DNA from: Macrostomum lignano
Lineage: Eukaryota
Length of the DNA stretch: 64,000 nt
Assembly (NCBI GenBank): GCA_002269645.1
Contig: NIVC01003359.1
Coordinates: forward strand, 38,497-102,496
Direction: 5' to 3'
Under the pieces are notes generated by a model that worked only from the letters and a program-made list of their open reading frames with translations, was not told the origin of the DNA and did no database searches. The position numbers and the translations under genes are program-made. The stretch's first letter is position 1, and every line of letters begins with the position of its first letter. Positions 39,662 through 51,918 of the stretch are shown in pieces.

Positions 39662-41041
39662 TAGATCCCATACAGATCCCATACAGATCCCATACAGATC
39701 CCATTCAGATCCCATGCAGATCCCATACAGATCCCATACAGAATCCCACACAGATCCCATACAGATCCCATAAAGTCCCATACAGTCCCATGCAGATCCC
39801 ATACAGATCCCATACAGTCCCATGCAGATCCCATGCAGATCCCATACAGTCCCATGCAGATCCCATGCAGATCCCATACAGATCCCATACAGATCCCATA
39901 CAGTCCCATGCAGATCCCATGCAGATCCCATACAGATCCCATACAGATCCCATACAGTCCCATGCAGATCCCATACAGATCCCGTGCAGATCCCATACAG
40001 ATCCCGTACAGTCCCATGCAGATCCCATACAGATCCCATACAGATATCATACAGTCCCATGCAGATCCCATGCAGATCCCATACAGATCCCATACAGATA
40101 TCATACAGTCCCATACAGATCCCATGCAGATCCCATACAGATCCCATACAGTCCCATGCAGATCCCATACAGATCCCATGCAGATCCCATACAGATCCCG
40201 TGCAGATCCCATACAGATCCCGTGCAGATCCCATACAGATCCGGGTACAGTCCCATTCAGATCCCATACAGATCCCATACAGATATCATACAGATCCCAT
40301 ACAGATCCCATGCAGATCCCATACAGATCCCATACAGATCCCATTCAGATCCCATGCAGATCCCATACAGATCCCATACAGTCCCATGCAGATCCCATAC
40401 AGATCCCGTACAAAAACCCACACAGATCCCATACAGATCCCATAAAGTCCCATACAGATCCCACATGCAGATCCCATACAGATCCCATACAGATCCCATA
40501 CAGATCCCATACAGATCCCATACAGTACCATGCAGATCCCATACAGTCCCATGCAGATCCCATACAGATCCCATACAGTCCCATGCAGATCCCATGCAGA
40601 TCCCATACAGTCCCATGCAGATCCCATGCAGATCCCATGCAGATCCCATACAGATCCCATACAGATCCCATACAGATCCCATACAGATCCCATACAGATA
40701 TCATACAGATCCCATACAGATATCATACAGATCCCATACAGATCCCATACAGATCACATACAGATATCATACAGATCCCATACAGATATCATACAGATCC
40801 CATACAGTCCCATGCAGATCCCATGCAGATCCCATACAGTCCCATGCAGATCCCATACAGATCCCATACAGTCCCATGCAGATCCCATGCAGATCCCATA
40901 CAGTCCCATACAGATCCCATACAGATCCCATACAGATCCCATGCAGATCCCATACAGATCCCATACAGATCCCATACAGATCCCGTACAGTCCCATGCAG
41001 ATCCCATACAGATCCCATACAGATCCCATACAGATCCCATG
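39662..41041. repeat. 10-11-bp satellite CAGATCCCATA / CAGTCCCATG
   Basis: Direct inspection; the reverse complement contains GGGATCTG. Confidence 0.97.
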
Positions 41042-41162
41042 CTTTGAATTGCAGTTCAGTCTGTATGATAATAATCAAGTGGTGTATGTGGATTATAATT
41101 GACACTGCAGTCTTAACGCTTACTTGATTCCCTTCCATGTAGATTGAAATCATTCACAAAAA

Positions 41163-41274
41163 ATGCTAGCAAAAGTTATGTGCGTGTCCATTGTTTTCAC
41201 ACTACTGTTGCTGCTGCATGGAGGGCAGTGGGCCTTGCTGTGCTGCAAGGCGGTACCAGCAGGATAGAGCAGTA
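41163..41274 (+). CDS. Secreted double-knottin-like peptide, exon 1 (signal peptide; needs removal of one base near 41220-41225)
   Basis: MLAKVMCVSIVFTLLLLLHG[fs]GSGPCCAARRYQQDRAV followed by GTA|GTGAGT, a phase-0 donor at 41275. Confidence 0.5.
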
Positions 41275-41575
41275 GTGAGTCAGGTCCGCATGCTGCCGAT
41301 GCCTCATCAATGGTTTCCATCCTAGCGCTCCGCCTATTCAGTGAATGCGGGCTGTCAGAGTTCTCAGCTTCACTCCTCACCCAAAAGCTTCCGGTGCAGT
41401 TTTATCTCAAAATTTCAATTTAAATTTGCTGAAAAAAATCTTTTTGTTCTGACACGTTATTTTAGAACCGTTTCTTAGAAACAAGATTTATAAAGTGCGA
41501 GAAGGCATAGCACGATTTGCTAGTCGTTAAGAAATAAAGTAAGAAATTAAGGCTATATTTCTATAAAACTTTCAG

Positions 41576-41651
41576 TGCGAAAAGGACGGCGGAATCTGCT
41601 TCACGCAGGACGCCTGCTGCGAGGACTTTACCTGCGAGAAGGCTAGCCAGG
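41576..41651 (+). CDS. Secreted double-knottin-like peptide, exon 2 (CEKDGGICFTQDACCEDFTCEKASQ)
   Basis: Acceptor CTTTCAG| (phase 0), donor AGG|GTGAGT (phase 1); C-x6-C-x5-CC-x4-C pattern. Confidence 0.7.
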
Positions 41652-41694
41652 GTGAGTGCGTCTTGGAGCTTTTGGCCGAGATGTCTATGGCTGA

Positions 41695-41860
41695 GATGTC
41701 TATGGCTGAGATGTCTATGGCTGAGATGTCTATGGCTGAGATGTCTATGGCTGAGATGTCTATGGCTGAGATGTCTATGGCCGAGATGAATATACATGGC
41801 CGAGGTGTCTATGGTTGAGGTGTCTACATGTATATGTGGCCGAGGTGTCTATGGCCGAGA
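41695..41860. repeat. 15-bp intronic minisatellite GAGATGTCTATGGCT
   Basis: Direct inspection. Confidence 0.9.
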
Positions 41861-44514
41861 GATTTCTATACATGACCGGGATATCTATAAATGGCCGAGG
41901 TGTCTATCGTGAATGTGAATGGGAAATGATCAATTCGGTATGCCATGATTTAGGCAAATTAAGAGGGAAATTACGAATGCTGCAAAAGCCGCTCCAATTT
42001 GGTTGATTAGGGAGCGAAAGCGAAAATGTCTAAAAAAACGATTACCAATCGGCCTTCAATCAAATGCATCAATTAGCTTAGCATATTCACGCGCCGGCTT
42101 GCTGTTGTGAGCAATGAGCAGTTTGCTGGTCACGCGGCACAGTAATGAACCAATCCTAAATGTGGTCCGAGCAGGTCAATCATAAATCAACTGTAGGTAG
42201 CCGCTGATAGACAAGAGAAAATCCGTTTGTGGGTCTTCGCCCCGAGGCTGAGGCTGAGAGACCGGCGTAGTGAATTGCCAGTAAGGGCAGGACAAGCTTT
42301 AGAGCATAAAGTGCAGACTGTTTTGTATTGCAGATAATTGAAATGTGCATGCCTGGCGCATTGTTGAGCCACTTAATTATGTTGAGCCACTGTTCGCCAA
42401 CACTGGATTTGGTGTATATTGATTGATTGTTGTGCATGTATTTGCATAACGAACAGTGTCAATAATTTTAATCCAGTCAGGGGTGACAACAGCAAACTAT
42501 AAGATTCTTTATTAGTTGCGAAGGAAATGAAACTGAACGAGATTTATGTCAGTTGGCGCGTGACAAACGGAGGCCGATTGAAAACCCAGCCTTCTCTTCT
42601 GTGAGTCCATTGCTGAGTGTGTGTGTGTGTGTGTGTGCGTGTGCGATTTCTGCTGCCGAAATGCAACAAATGAGACTCAAAACCAGCTCAAAGAGCCAGA
42701 AAAAGTAAATCCTCCTTTGGCTAAAGAAGCTCTTTGGTCCGCTGACTGCAATCGGTAATTGAATTTCTTTGGGATTTGGGGGATGCAAAAATCTACAAAA
42801 GTGGCAGCTATACTGCTGATCGTCAACTTTTGACGAGCTTGGCTCATTATTTTTAGTATATTGGATTCTGGAGGCACTTTGACGGCTTGGTCCTCGATTG
42901 TACTGCTGTTCTGCTTTTGTTTACTTACATTTGGGACACGTCTGTGACGGATTTGGGATGCCTTGAATGGTCCAATGACAATCGAGCCACATCTCAGGCG
43001 TTGCTGTGACGGCCTAAGGTTGTGTTAGCTACAGTATAAAAGTGCTTCAGAAGCGATACGAAAAGTAGCAGACAACTGGGAGACATGATCGACCGCTGAC
43101 CAAATTGATTGACCTGGATGTCAATCAATTCCAATCATTTGCGCCTCGCCACTCTGAAAATGACAAGAAATAAGTTTTTGTCACGCTGCACACGGCTGCC
43201 GTCCGTTCATCCACTCCCTGGTGAGGCCCACCATCGACTTTTCCAACCGAAAAAAGGCCCGGCCCTCTTCCGTGAATTTTTTATTTCGCTTAATTATCTC
43301 TCAGCCTATGTCTCTTCAGCCTTCTACTATGTCAGTTTTAATTGCTCATTCAATTTTGACTGTCCCACGGACTCAAGCTAGAAGCCGTTAAGAAGTAGCT
43401 CAGGACGACACTGAGGAGTTTTCCTTGATTGCTCCCCGCTGCAGGGACCTCAGGCAGGGTTGCGTTGAGCACTAGAAATGGCTGCACGACTCGTTCAACG
43501 GTTTGAATAATTTGTATCCTAGGCGGAGTTTCTAAGCAAACAAGCGCCTATAAATGCCTTGTATTTCCTTTTCATTAATAATTGAAGAGTTTGAAAACTG
43601 CAGTCGCGGCTCAGACGGCTGAATTGCAGTCAACAAGGAACTACGGGAGTCGCAAAATTCAGGAAACTTCTACAAAGTTGCATTCTATAGAGCTGCTGTT
43701 TTTCATCGATATGAGACCATTGCCGATAGAACCAAGGACCACCAGAAGTTACCGTTGTTGGCACTTCTATTGTTGATACTTAGTAAGAACCTGTGGAGGA
43801 ATACTCTCGTATAATAAGCGTTCCTGCATCACAAATTTTAGCAAATTTCCTGGTTTTCAAAGTTCAGCTGGGGCTTATGTTATACGAGACAAAAATGACG
43901 GTGTGTTAAAAATGGAGTGTATTAGGTTTTGAAGTACAGAGATTTAATCTGAAATCTATTGCAGGACAAGAAACATACTTTACGATTTTGTCCAACCACA
44001 AATTGGATATAGCTTGATTTTTAATAGCTTTTAATGGCACTTTCGTCGAGGTATAATACTACACATAGCTGATACATCCGCTCGTAAACCGTAGGACAAT
44101 GGGGAAAAGAATGCAGATAGACATTTACGCTACTGTTAGTAGTTTGTTTTAACCCTGTAAAATATCAGAGCTAGGTAAGTTAAAGTATTGTCAGGATTTT
44201 TAAAAAATAGGAAGCGTTGGGACCCAAAGAAAAGGTATTTCAGTTGTGTTGAATGTTTTTAGCTAACACAAAATAGGAATATAATTGGGGCACTAGGAGT
44301 TCCACTATCCCATAACTGTATTGTATGTAAACAATTTTTCTTGCATAAATCTTTCGCGACCCGCATCCTCCATGGCAGAATCCCATTTAACATTGTCGGA
44401 GAAACTGGCCTTTCACTGAAACTGGATAAACTCATGAATCAACCAAAGACAAAACGCATTTGCCCTGCGTGCATTTGCTATTCTGGAAGTTCAGGTGATA
44501 CAAATGGTCATCAG

Positions 44515-44873
44515 GGGTAAACAGTGAAAACTCCTCCCTCAATGTCGCAGCCACCTACGGCCGCTGCACGTCCAACAAGGCACAGCTGGGAAGCGAGGGC
44601 GGCGTCGGCATCGGCGAAATTGTTGGCGACCTCGGAGGCGCCGACGGAGGCAGCGGCGGCCGGGGCAGCAGCGAACGCGTCGGCTGCGACTCGGACGCGG
44701 ACTGCCCGGCCGGTCAGTGCTGCTCGGTGGAGCCCTCCAAGTCCGGCTACCGCGGCCTGGGCGGCAGGCAGGCGTGCCGGCCGGCCGGACCGTCGGGCTG
44801 CAGCGGGCAGAGCGCGGAGAACCTGTTCCAGCAGTACTACAGCGGCCTGTTCCGCAAGCGTCATCAGCCCTGA
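44515..44873 (+). CDS. Secreted double-knottin-like peptide, exon 3 (sixth Cys of domain 1, Gly-rich linker, second Cys domain)
   Basis: A phase-1 acceptor CATCAG|GG gives GVNSENSSLNVAATYGRC...GCDSDADCPAGQCCSVEPSKSGYRGLGGRQACRPAGPSGC...GLFRKRHQP*; high GC3. This frame is not in the ORF track. Confidence 0.65.
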
Positions 44874-45378
44874 ATTAGCAGTTGCAGTCAAGTTGCAATT
44901 GCGATGCTAAACTACTGACAGTAAGCTATGCAGTAGAACTCGGCTATTTTGTTTTGTCACGCTTTGAAGTAGCTCGATTTCGGTTAAACAGATGAATAGA
45001 TTAGACATTTCACCAGCTATTAGAGTGAGAGTAATTCCTGCGAGCTGTTCCCACAGTTATTAATTACCTGTGGCCTGTCAGATTCGATCAACTGCTGCAC
45101 GATAAATTGAAGTTAATGTTAGGAAAAGATATATTTCAACACCTCTATGTGCAACAAAAATATACGGGAACAAATTAATAATTTACAACTCATTTTGTTT
45201 TTATTCTGCACAATTTGGATTGCTCTGCTTTGATTTGCTGTTGCATCGTACTTTCAGTAGAGTGCGGCGAATCTTGTATTAGCATTTTGTACTGAGCCGA
45301 ATCCATTATTTTTCTGTTGGTGGTGCATTGTGGAGATCTGTCGAGGTCAACATGCAGAATTAAAAGGATTCTAATTCC

Positions 45379-45650
45379 TAGTGGTCTAGCGCGGCGTTCT
45401 CATGTGCCAGCGGCCCGGGCTCGATTCCAAGTCCAGTCACATTAATTTGAGGCTAAACTGGAATCTCGGCTTGGCTCTGCTCGTGCAATTAACGGCCTTG
45501 AGGGCCAACCCCCAAGGCACAGTGAAGTGTACATGCCTAACGATAAATAAAGTCAGGGCCGCTGTACACTCCTGTGTGAGTGTGTGCCTGTGCGTGTGAC
45601 TGCGTACGTATCCGCGCGCTTGTGTGCTGCTCAGGGGAGTCGGCGGAATT
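45379..45650 (+). mobile_element. tRNA-derived SINE (copy B)
   Basis: A-box-like TAGTGGTCTAG and B-box-like GGGCTCGATTCC; the body shares GGCACAG..GTG..CATGCCT.ACG.T...AAAGT...CCGCTGT..A and TGTGCT..CAGG.GTC.GCGGAAT with copy A. Confidence 0.6.
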
Positions 45651-48024
45651 TACAGCCCCTGCCTCCAACTATGGGTTTTTCTTGTCAAGTTGAAAATGGT
45701 CAATTCAGAGTTACCAAAAGACCAAGTTAAGTGCATTATAATCATTTCAAGTAGTAGCAGACTCTGAATTTTCTTTTTTGTCCAGTTGCTCTGCAATGTT
45801 GAGAAGCGCTCTGATTGGCTAACTTGCATTTGACTTGGCGATATTTTGGCAGATAAACTGAATTTTATGCACTTGAGATGGCTATGTTAAACGTGAGTTG
45901 AATATTGTGCTACTCAAATCTATTCAAACATTGTATCGTGGCATACTCGTACAAGCTGCATGGGAGTTAAGCAAGTCATGCGTCATTCCTCTGCCTAAAG
46001 AGTTTGGCAAATAGCCGTGGGGCGAGGGCAGGGAGGCCGCCCCCTGTAGCCGTGACACTGGAGCTCTTCAATCGAAGTGATGCCCTTCAATTGAATGGGA
46101 ACTCTTGCTTAACTTTTGTACATTAGCTCGTACAATATATACTATCTGCTATCATAATTATAATACTAGAATATACAAATACGTAAAGGTACCCGTATGG
46201 TTAACAAATTTTTTATAGTTCCAACAGAAGCCCAATTGGCTCACAGTTTAATAAAACGAGTTTTCTGTACATTTTATCAAGAAATTTTCGGCCTAGCAGT
46301 ACCGTAGCGTTTCATATGCAGTTGTTTCATGGACAGCAGAAGTACAGTAGTAGGACGCTAACATAGCTCGATATTCTTAAAAATATTCTGGAGTTCAGTA
46401 AGGAACGACTGGCCTGGGGTTGGGGCCACCGACACCAGCTGCTGCTGCTAATGCTTGAGAGCAGCAGAGGCTACAGTCTATGGTCTGAACCCCGGAATTT
46501 TCGTGCTGCAGCCACGAGTGAATTGTTAGATAACTTGTTCGTTAAACCACCAGTACATTTAGTGGGGGCGGGGGGTTCACAAACGCGAAATTTCACAACC
46601 GCTAAATGCCACTTAAAGTAGGTTGTGAAAGTAGGTGACATTTTATCGGTTGTAAAGTTTCGTGGTTGTGAAGTTTGCGTTTAGGAAAGTGAGTGCAAAA
46701 AATTAGCGGGTTGTGAAATGCACCAGCGATACGACAAATATACATTCCTTTACCGGCCTTCAGATCATTTCTATGAAAACCGAGTCTAAGCGTCGATCTT
46801 TCTACTTCATTCTGAAAAATCTCTAAAAAGTCATGCACTGCAACTCTCGTATTGACTGATTGGCAATTGCGCCACAGCCGGTCATCGTTTAGCAGCATTG
46901 GCCTATACTATACCCCCGCTAGTTTCGGCATGCATGCAGAGTTGGCATTGAATGAATGCACTATTATTACTGCAGTTTTAACATTCGTCATTCTTCGCCA
47001 GTGCTAATTTTAGACTCTCTGGTCTTGCGTATAGAATCGCCCTGCTGGGTGTACACTTTGGAACTAAAGCCGCCCAGCTAGTGGGAAGAGATTCTCGTGC
47101 CACACCCAGACTGTGTACATTTGCGCGGCGAGTGGCGACACGTGGGGGGCCTATTGAACCTTCCAGCGTGGAGAAGTGAATCTTATACTGCTCATAGCGT
47201 CTGACCGTAGCCTATACGTATGAGTTTGCATGACTCATATCATTCTTTTAAAAAAAACATGCACTTTTAGAAGACAAACGCTGACGGTCCAAAATTGAAT
47301 ATTTAGCTAATCTGAAAAAAACGTTTTAATAACAGATGAAATTGCATCCAAACTCAAAAAAGATATTTGTATTCAGTATGCCCGTTTATTGCTCAGTCCC
47401 TTTGATGCGCTGAGTGAGTGACAAGAGTGCAAGGCTAATAAATAACTATACAACATCAATAATTATTCATTTAACACAGATAAACCATAATCGCTTGCAA
47501 TAATAACATTTTATTATACAAGATTCACTAAAAGAACACGCATAGCAGTTTGCATACTGCAGTGCAATGCAGCGAAAGCAAAAACAATCGGATCTCTGAG
47601 ATCAGAGCCAAGCTAGGCAAATACAAAATCTGCGTATCCTTTATTGTGAAAAATCTAGAAACCTTTCGCATCTGCTCAAGGCACGAACCTGCATATAATA
47701 GTATATTTGCGAAATTAAATCTTTTAAAATTGTCCTCAATGAAAAAGTAAAAGCTCAAAGTAGGCAGGTAACAGCGGCCAGCATAAATGTTACACAATAA
47801 ATTTACATATATAAGAAAACTGAATAGTTGACATGGAAACTTGTTCTCAAAATCGAGATTGTTACGCAATTTCTTTGAAATCTACTGTCACTGAGAGGTG
47901 TCACGTGCTGTTCAATCGGGATAATTCCATTTTTAATCCGTAAATTGTTTACAGTTAAAAACAGCAAAAAAACAAAAAAGACATTTAGTTCGAAAAGTGC
48001 AGCTTTCTCCGGTCAAAGTAAATG

Positions 48025-48753
48025 TTAAGTGTCTGGAGTTTCCATGTTTCGCACAATCCACTGCTTGCAGGCTGCGGCTATAGAAGTGAAGTCTTCGAGA
48101 ACGATCGCCAACCTTTGATTGTCTGCTTGAAGAGCTGCAATTTCCTGCTCCTTTACCAAAGTATTCATCTTCCGACTTGCTCTGGACTTTCTCGAAGCTG
48201 CGTTGTTCTTAATGCGCTTTTCGTTTTTCACTTCAGCCTGACCTTCCAAAGCTTTCTGCGTGAACACCTTCTTGCAGGAAGGACCGTCGAGATCCCGCTG
48301 GCACGCTTCTCTCGACTTCTTTTGGCAGGCTGTTTCTGGTGTTCCGTTTGATACTGCAAGGCCAGGAAGCTTAAGTGGTCTTTCTTGAGTGCCTGCATGG
48401 CAACCATGACAGCAAATAATATCAGAATGACTGATGCCTTGGCTGTTTAGTTCCTCCATCACGTCTTCTACAAATGAGGAGTCCTGGATATCTCTGGGCA
48501 GAAATCCGCTGTCAGTGGACAAAACGGAAATTTGTGGTTCGAGTTTCGGCTTCACTGTCACTAATTGAAGTGGAGTAGAGGCAGAGTCGAGATCAATACT
48601 TTCATCTGTGATTTTTCTCTGAGCATAAGATATCGGCTCCGAATCTCTCTTGCAATGCGATGTTTCGTAGCAGCTTGATCCACCACCCCGATTTCTCTTT
48701 ACTGACAGCGCAGTCTTTTGTGGATCAGATACGTCGACATGCTTGCGCGCCAT
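48025..48753 (-). CDS. Intronless bZIP transcription factor (C/EBP- or PAR-like basic region)
   Basis: KRIKNNAASRKSRASRK has the invariant N-x7-R, followed by the heptad zipper IAALQADNQRLAIVLEDF near the C-terminus. Confidence 0.8.
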   Translation of the reverse strand: MARKHVDVSDPQKTALSVKRNRGGGSSCYETSHCKRDSEPISYAQRKITDESIDLDSASTPLQLVTVKPKLEPQISVLSTDSGFLPRDIQDSSFVEDVMEELNSQGISHSDIICCHGCHAGTQERPLKLPGLAVSNGTPETACQKKSREACQRDLDGPSCKKVFTQKALEGQAEVKNEKRIKNNAASRKSRASRKMNTLVKEQEIAALQADNQRLAIVLEDFTSIAAACKQWIVRNMETPDT

Positions 48754-50441
48754 GATCTTAGGTATAGTTTCAAATTACCACAATTTTTGAAGTTATGATA
48801 TTAAACTGGATCAGCTAATGATAACGGTCTCTGGTACACGTAGACGTAGACACATCACACTCACACTGAAACTGGTGGTCTCTGGTAGTATCGAAATTCT
48901 TGTAATTGATGTCTTCCCGCAAAATTTAAATGGCAGAAAAAAAAGATTTTTGAAGCATGTGAATCTAATGCAACCATTGTGAGTTTAGTTTTACATTTTG
49001 AAAACAGTGTATGGTAAAAAAATTCTTAAAAATACTTTGAGTATCTTACTTTAACTCTAAAAGATTAAAGCGGACTCTAAAATGTATCATTTGTTACTTT
49101 GTGCAGTCGTATTCATTCCGTTACACTTTAAAAATTATTGGACAAATTATCTTTAAATGGATTTAACTAGCCAATGTACACAATCCTTGAACAGAATCAG
49201 TGATTAAGAGAATCTGAGAACTCGTTCATGTAGAATCATTAAGTATAAGCTGAAGTTCGGGCATGATGTGATATAAAAAAACGCATTTCTTGGAAAGCAG
49301 AAATCCAGATCAGTCGTTAACTCCAGCTTTAGGCCTGAAAAAATAGTTAGTAACTACTACCACCAGGCAGCCCAGGCTAGCCTATACTATAACATTAAAC
49401 AGTACTTATTAGAGCATGACTAGACTAGGTAGGTCTACTTTGAGTTAAGCACATTGTTGTGTTCATTTGTTTTAAAAACAGTCTAGCAAATTTCATTATT
49501 TTTAAGAGAGAAACATACGATTTTTCACATTGTTTATTGCTATTGTAACAAAAAGTAGGCCTAGGACCTTTCATTATTCAATAGCAGTTTTAGGGGGGAG
49601 ATGCACAGGCACATGCCCCTATCAAGTTTGATTTTTTAATTTTCCTTTGGATAATAGGGCCTACACATTGCATGTACATGTACCATAATATAAATCATAT
49701 ATGTCATATACTTTTAGTAGGCCTAATTAGTAACTAGACATTTTGTCAAAAGCCTTTTCATCAAAAAGTAATTTTGTAATTTTGTCAAAAACTAGGCCTA
49801 TAAAGAGATATGTGCATAATTTCTAATTCTGCTCTGCACTACCACTAGTAGGCCTAGGTATTCATGTAAGCCTACTTTATATATAATATATCATCAAGCA
49901 TGCAAAACAAAAAATTTGACCAAGAAAAGTGCACAAAACAATAGATTTTTTTGCTAGAAGGGCATGGATATTGTTGAATTTAAATGTAGCAATAGAAATA
50001 CTAGTGCCTGGTGTCATTATAAATTTATTAAAGCTCATTCACATTCAGGGCTTTGATTTACTTGACTAAGCTGTAGCCTGCAAGTTGCTCCATACATACA
50101 TCTGGATATAGCAAGGAGGTGTTGCTATCTATTTCATTAAGCCCTGGCAACCATAGGCAACTAGTGCTGCAGTCTTTCAGGTAGATCTAGTGGTGCCAAT
50201 ATTTACAATGTGGTCCCCTTTCTAAAGAGTCTAAGAAATAGATAGTTTTGCTTATCTATTAGCCTTTTAGGTAATGGATAAGTTGCCCTTAGGGCTTTAG
50301 TACCTCACAATATTTTATATTTTGAATGAAGACTTGCACCAATAGCAATATACATTCAATTTTTTACTTTTTGCAAAAAACATTTATTTGTTTTTTGGGA
50401 TGAATTCTACTAGGCCTAGAGGTCAAATGAGCAGAAAATTT

Positions 50442-50827
50442 TAGTCGGGCGTGAAATTTCATGAAATTTTCAAAGTCGGGCGTGATTGTGATTGTGATCG
50501 TAAATTTATATTTGCATACACATATTTTGAGCTCGTAAGTTACAAGTGTTGAAAATAACAAAACAAGAAAAGAAATATTTATAAATTGATAATAGCTACT
50601 CAGTAATGCTGTCAAGTCAACAAATTTAAAATTTATTACTCTTTTACACATTTGTATTCACATATTTTGGTAAACCAAGTAGAAAAGTTATACTTCTAAT
50701 AAAAATGTAATAAAGCAGAAATTCATGACTGGGATCATGAACGGGTTTCAAGGAAATCACGATCGTGAAAAAAATGGTCGTGAATTCATGAAATCGTGAT
50801 CACAATCGTGATCACGTCCGACCCCTA
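50442..50827. mobile_element. Putative MITE with GTCGG(G/A)CGTGA(T) inverted ends and subterminal ATCGTGA repeats
   Basis: TAGTCGGGCGTGA / AAGTCGGGCGTGAT on the left, ATCACGTCCGACCCCTA on the right; TSD not resolved. Confidence 0.35.
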
Positions 50828-51918
50828 AATTCTACCCTGGTATGCATCTTTCTAATCAATTTTTATTTGTATTTATCACTATCATATAATTCAAGCTTGT
50901 TCTTTGTTGGCTACAAAAGTTTTGTGCATTTTATTCTTATTTTTAATCTTGACTTAGCTAGCCATCTAGCATAAATTTAAATATTAGCATATATTAAATA
51001 TTAATATTATTAAAAGGATATTGTTAAGATTGAGTAAGCTTTCCATTTAAATATTTTTAAATTGTTAAAATTATATTTATTATTATATCTTAAACTTAAT
51101 AAACCTTTATTTCTAATAGATGATATATGCCTATTAATAATTGTAAGTAAGAGTAGTATATAATTTATAAAAATTAGGACTATTATTAATTTGATTATTA
51201 AATAAAAACAATTAAATAAAATGTTTAACCCTTTAATAAAGTCTTAGGGTCTCATGGGCCCATGATAGGCCATTTTTTAAATCCTTTTTGTACCTTTTAT
51301 AAATTCTAAAAAATGTTTTTAACTAATTAAAATGATCTTTTAAAGAAAAGTTAAGTTAGGCCCTATAATAATTTTTCCTAAAAAATTACTGATTTTAAAA
51401 TAAATTTAATTAGAACTAACTATAAAATATTTTATTTTCATGTTGACCTCTAATATTGTTGTAATTACTAAGCTTTTATTATATTTTATAACTATCTTTA
51501 AGAAAATTAGAATCCCCTTAAATGGGAAATGAGATTCACCACTTTAATAGCAAATTTGAGATTATTGGAAATTTAGCAATTTAAAATTATTTTAGATTAT
51601 TAGAGTATTAGAAATTGTGACTATTAGAAATAAAGCTGTCCCTTACTAAATATATGGCTAATTATTTAAATAAATTTATTATAGAATAAGCTAATTATAT
51701 TTTTAAAGTGAACTATATCCTGACCTAACTTTTCTTGAAAGATAAATTTTATAAGAAAAATACTATTTAAAATAAATATTACCTCACAGTACCTTGTTAT
51801 TTTCTTAGAATTTTTAGGGGAGTGGAAAGTAAGGAAAGATTGCCATGTATTTCTTATAGAGCCTTTTCTGTTATTGTGGCTTAACCTTTTGAGGGTTAAA
51901 CTATAAGAACAGGTTAAA

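Noticed and set aside
36626-41153. Long ORFs of 237-756 aa (DPDPRSRSQIPIP, GSGSGIGIWDRDL, QIPYRSHTDP)
   Set aside because: These are translations of 11-24 bp satellites that lack stop codons and are open in several frames and on both strands.
46591-46718. MITE suggested by the inverted repeat TTTCACAACCGCTAA / TTAGCGGGTTGTGAAA
   Set aside because: No defined termini or TSD could be assigned.
50880-51915. Mitochondrial rRNA insertion (NUMT)
   Set aside because: It is AT-rich, but I could not find the conserved rrnL/rrnS motifs in order on either strand.
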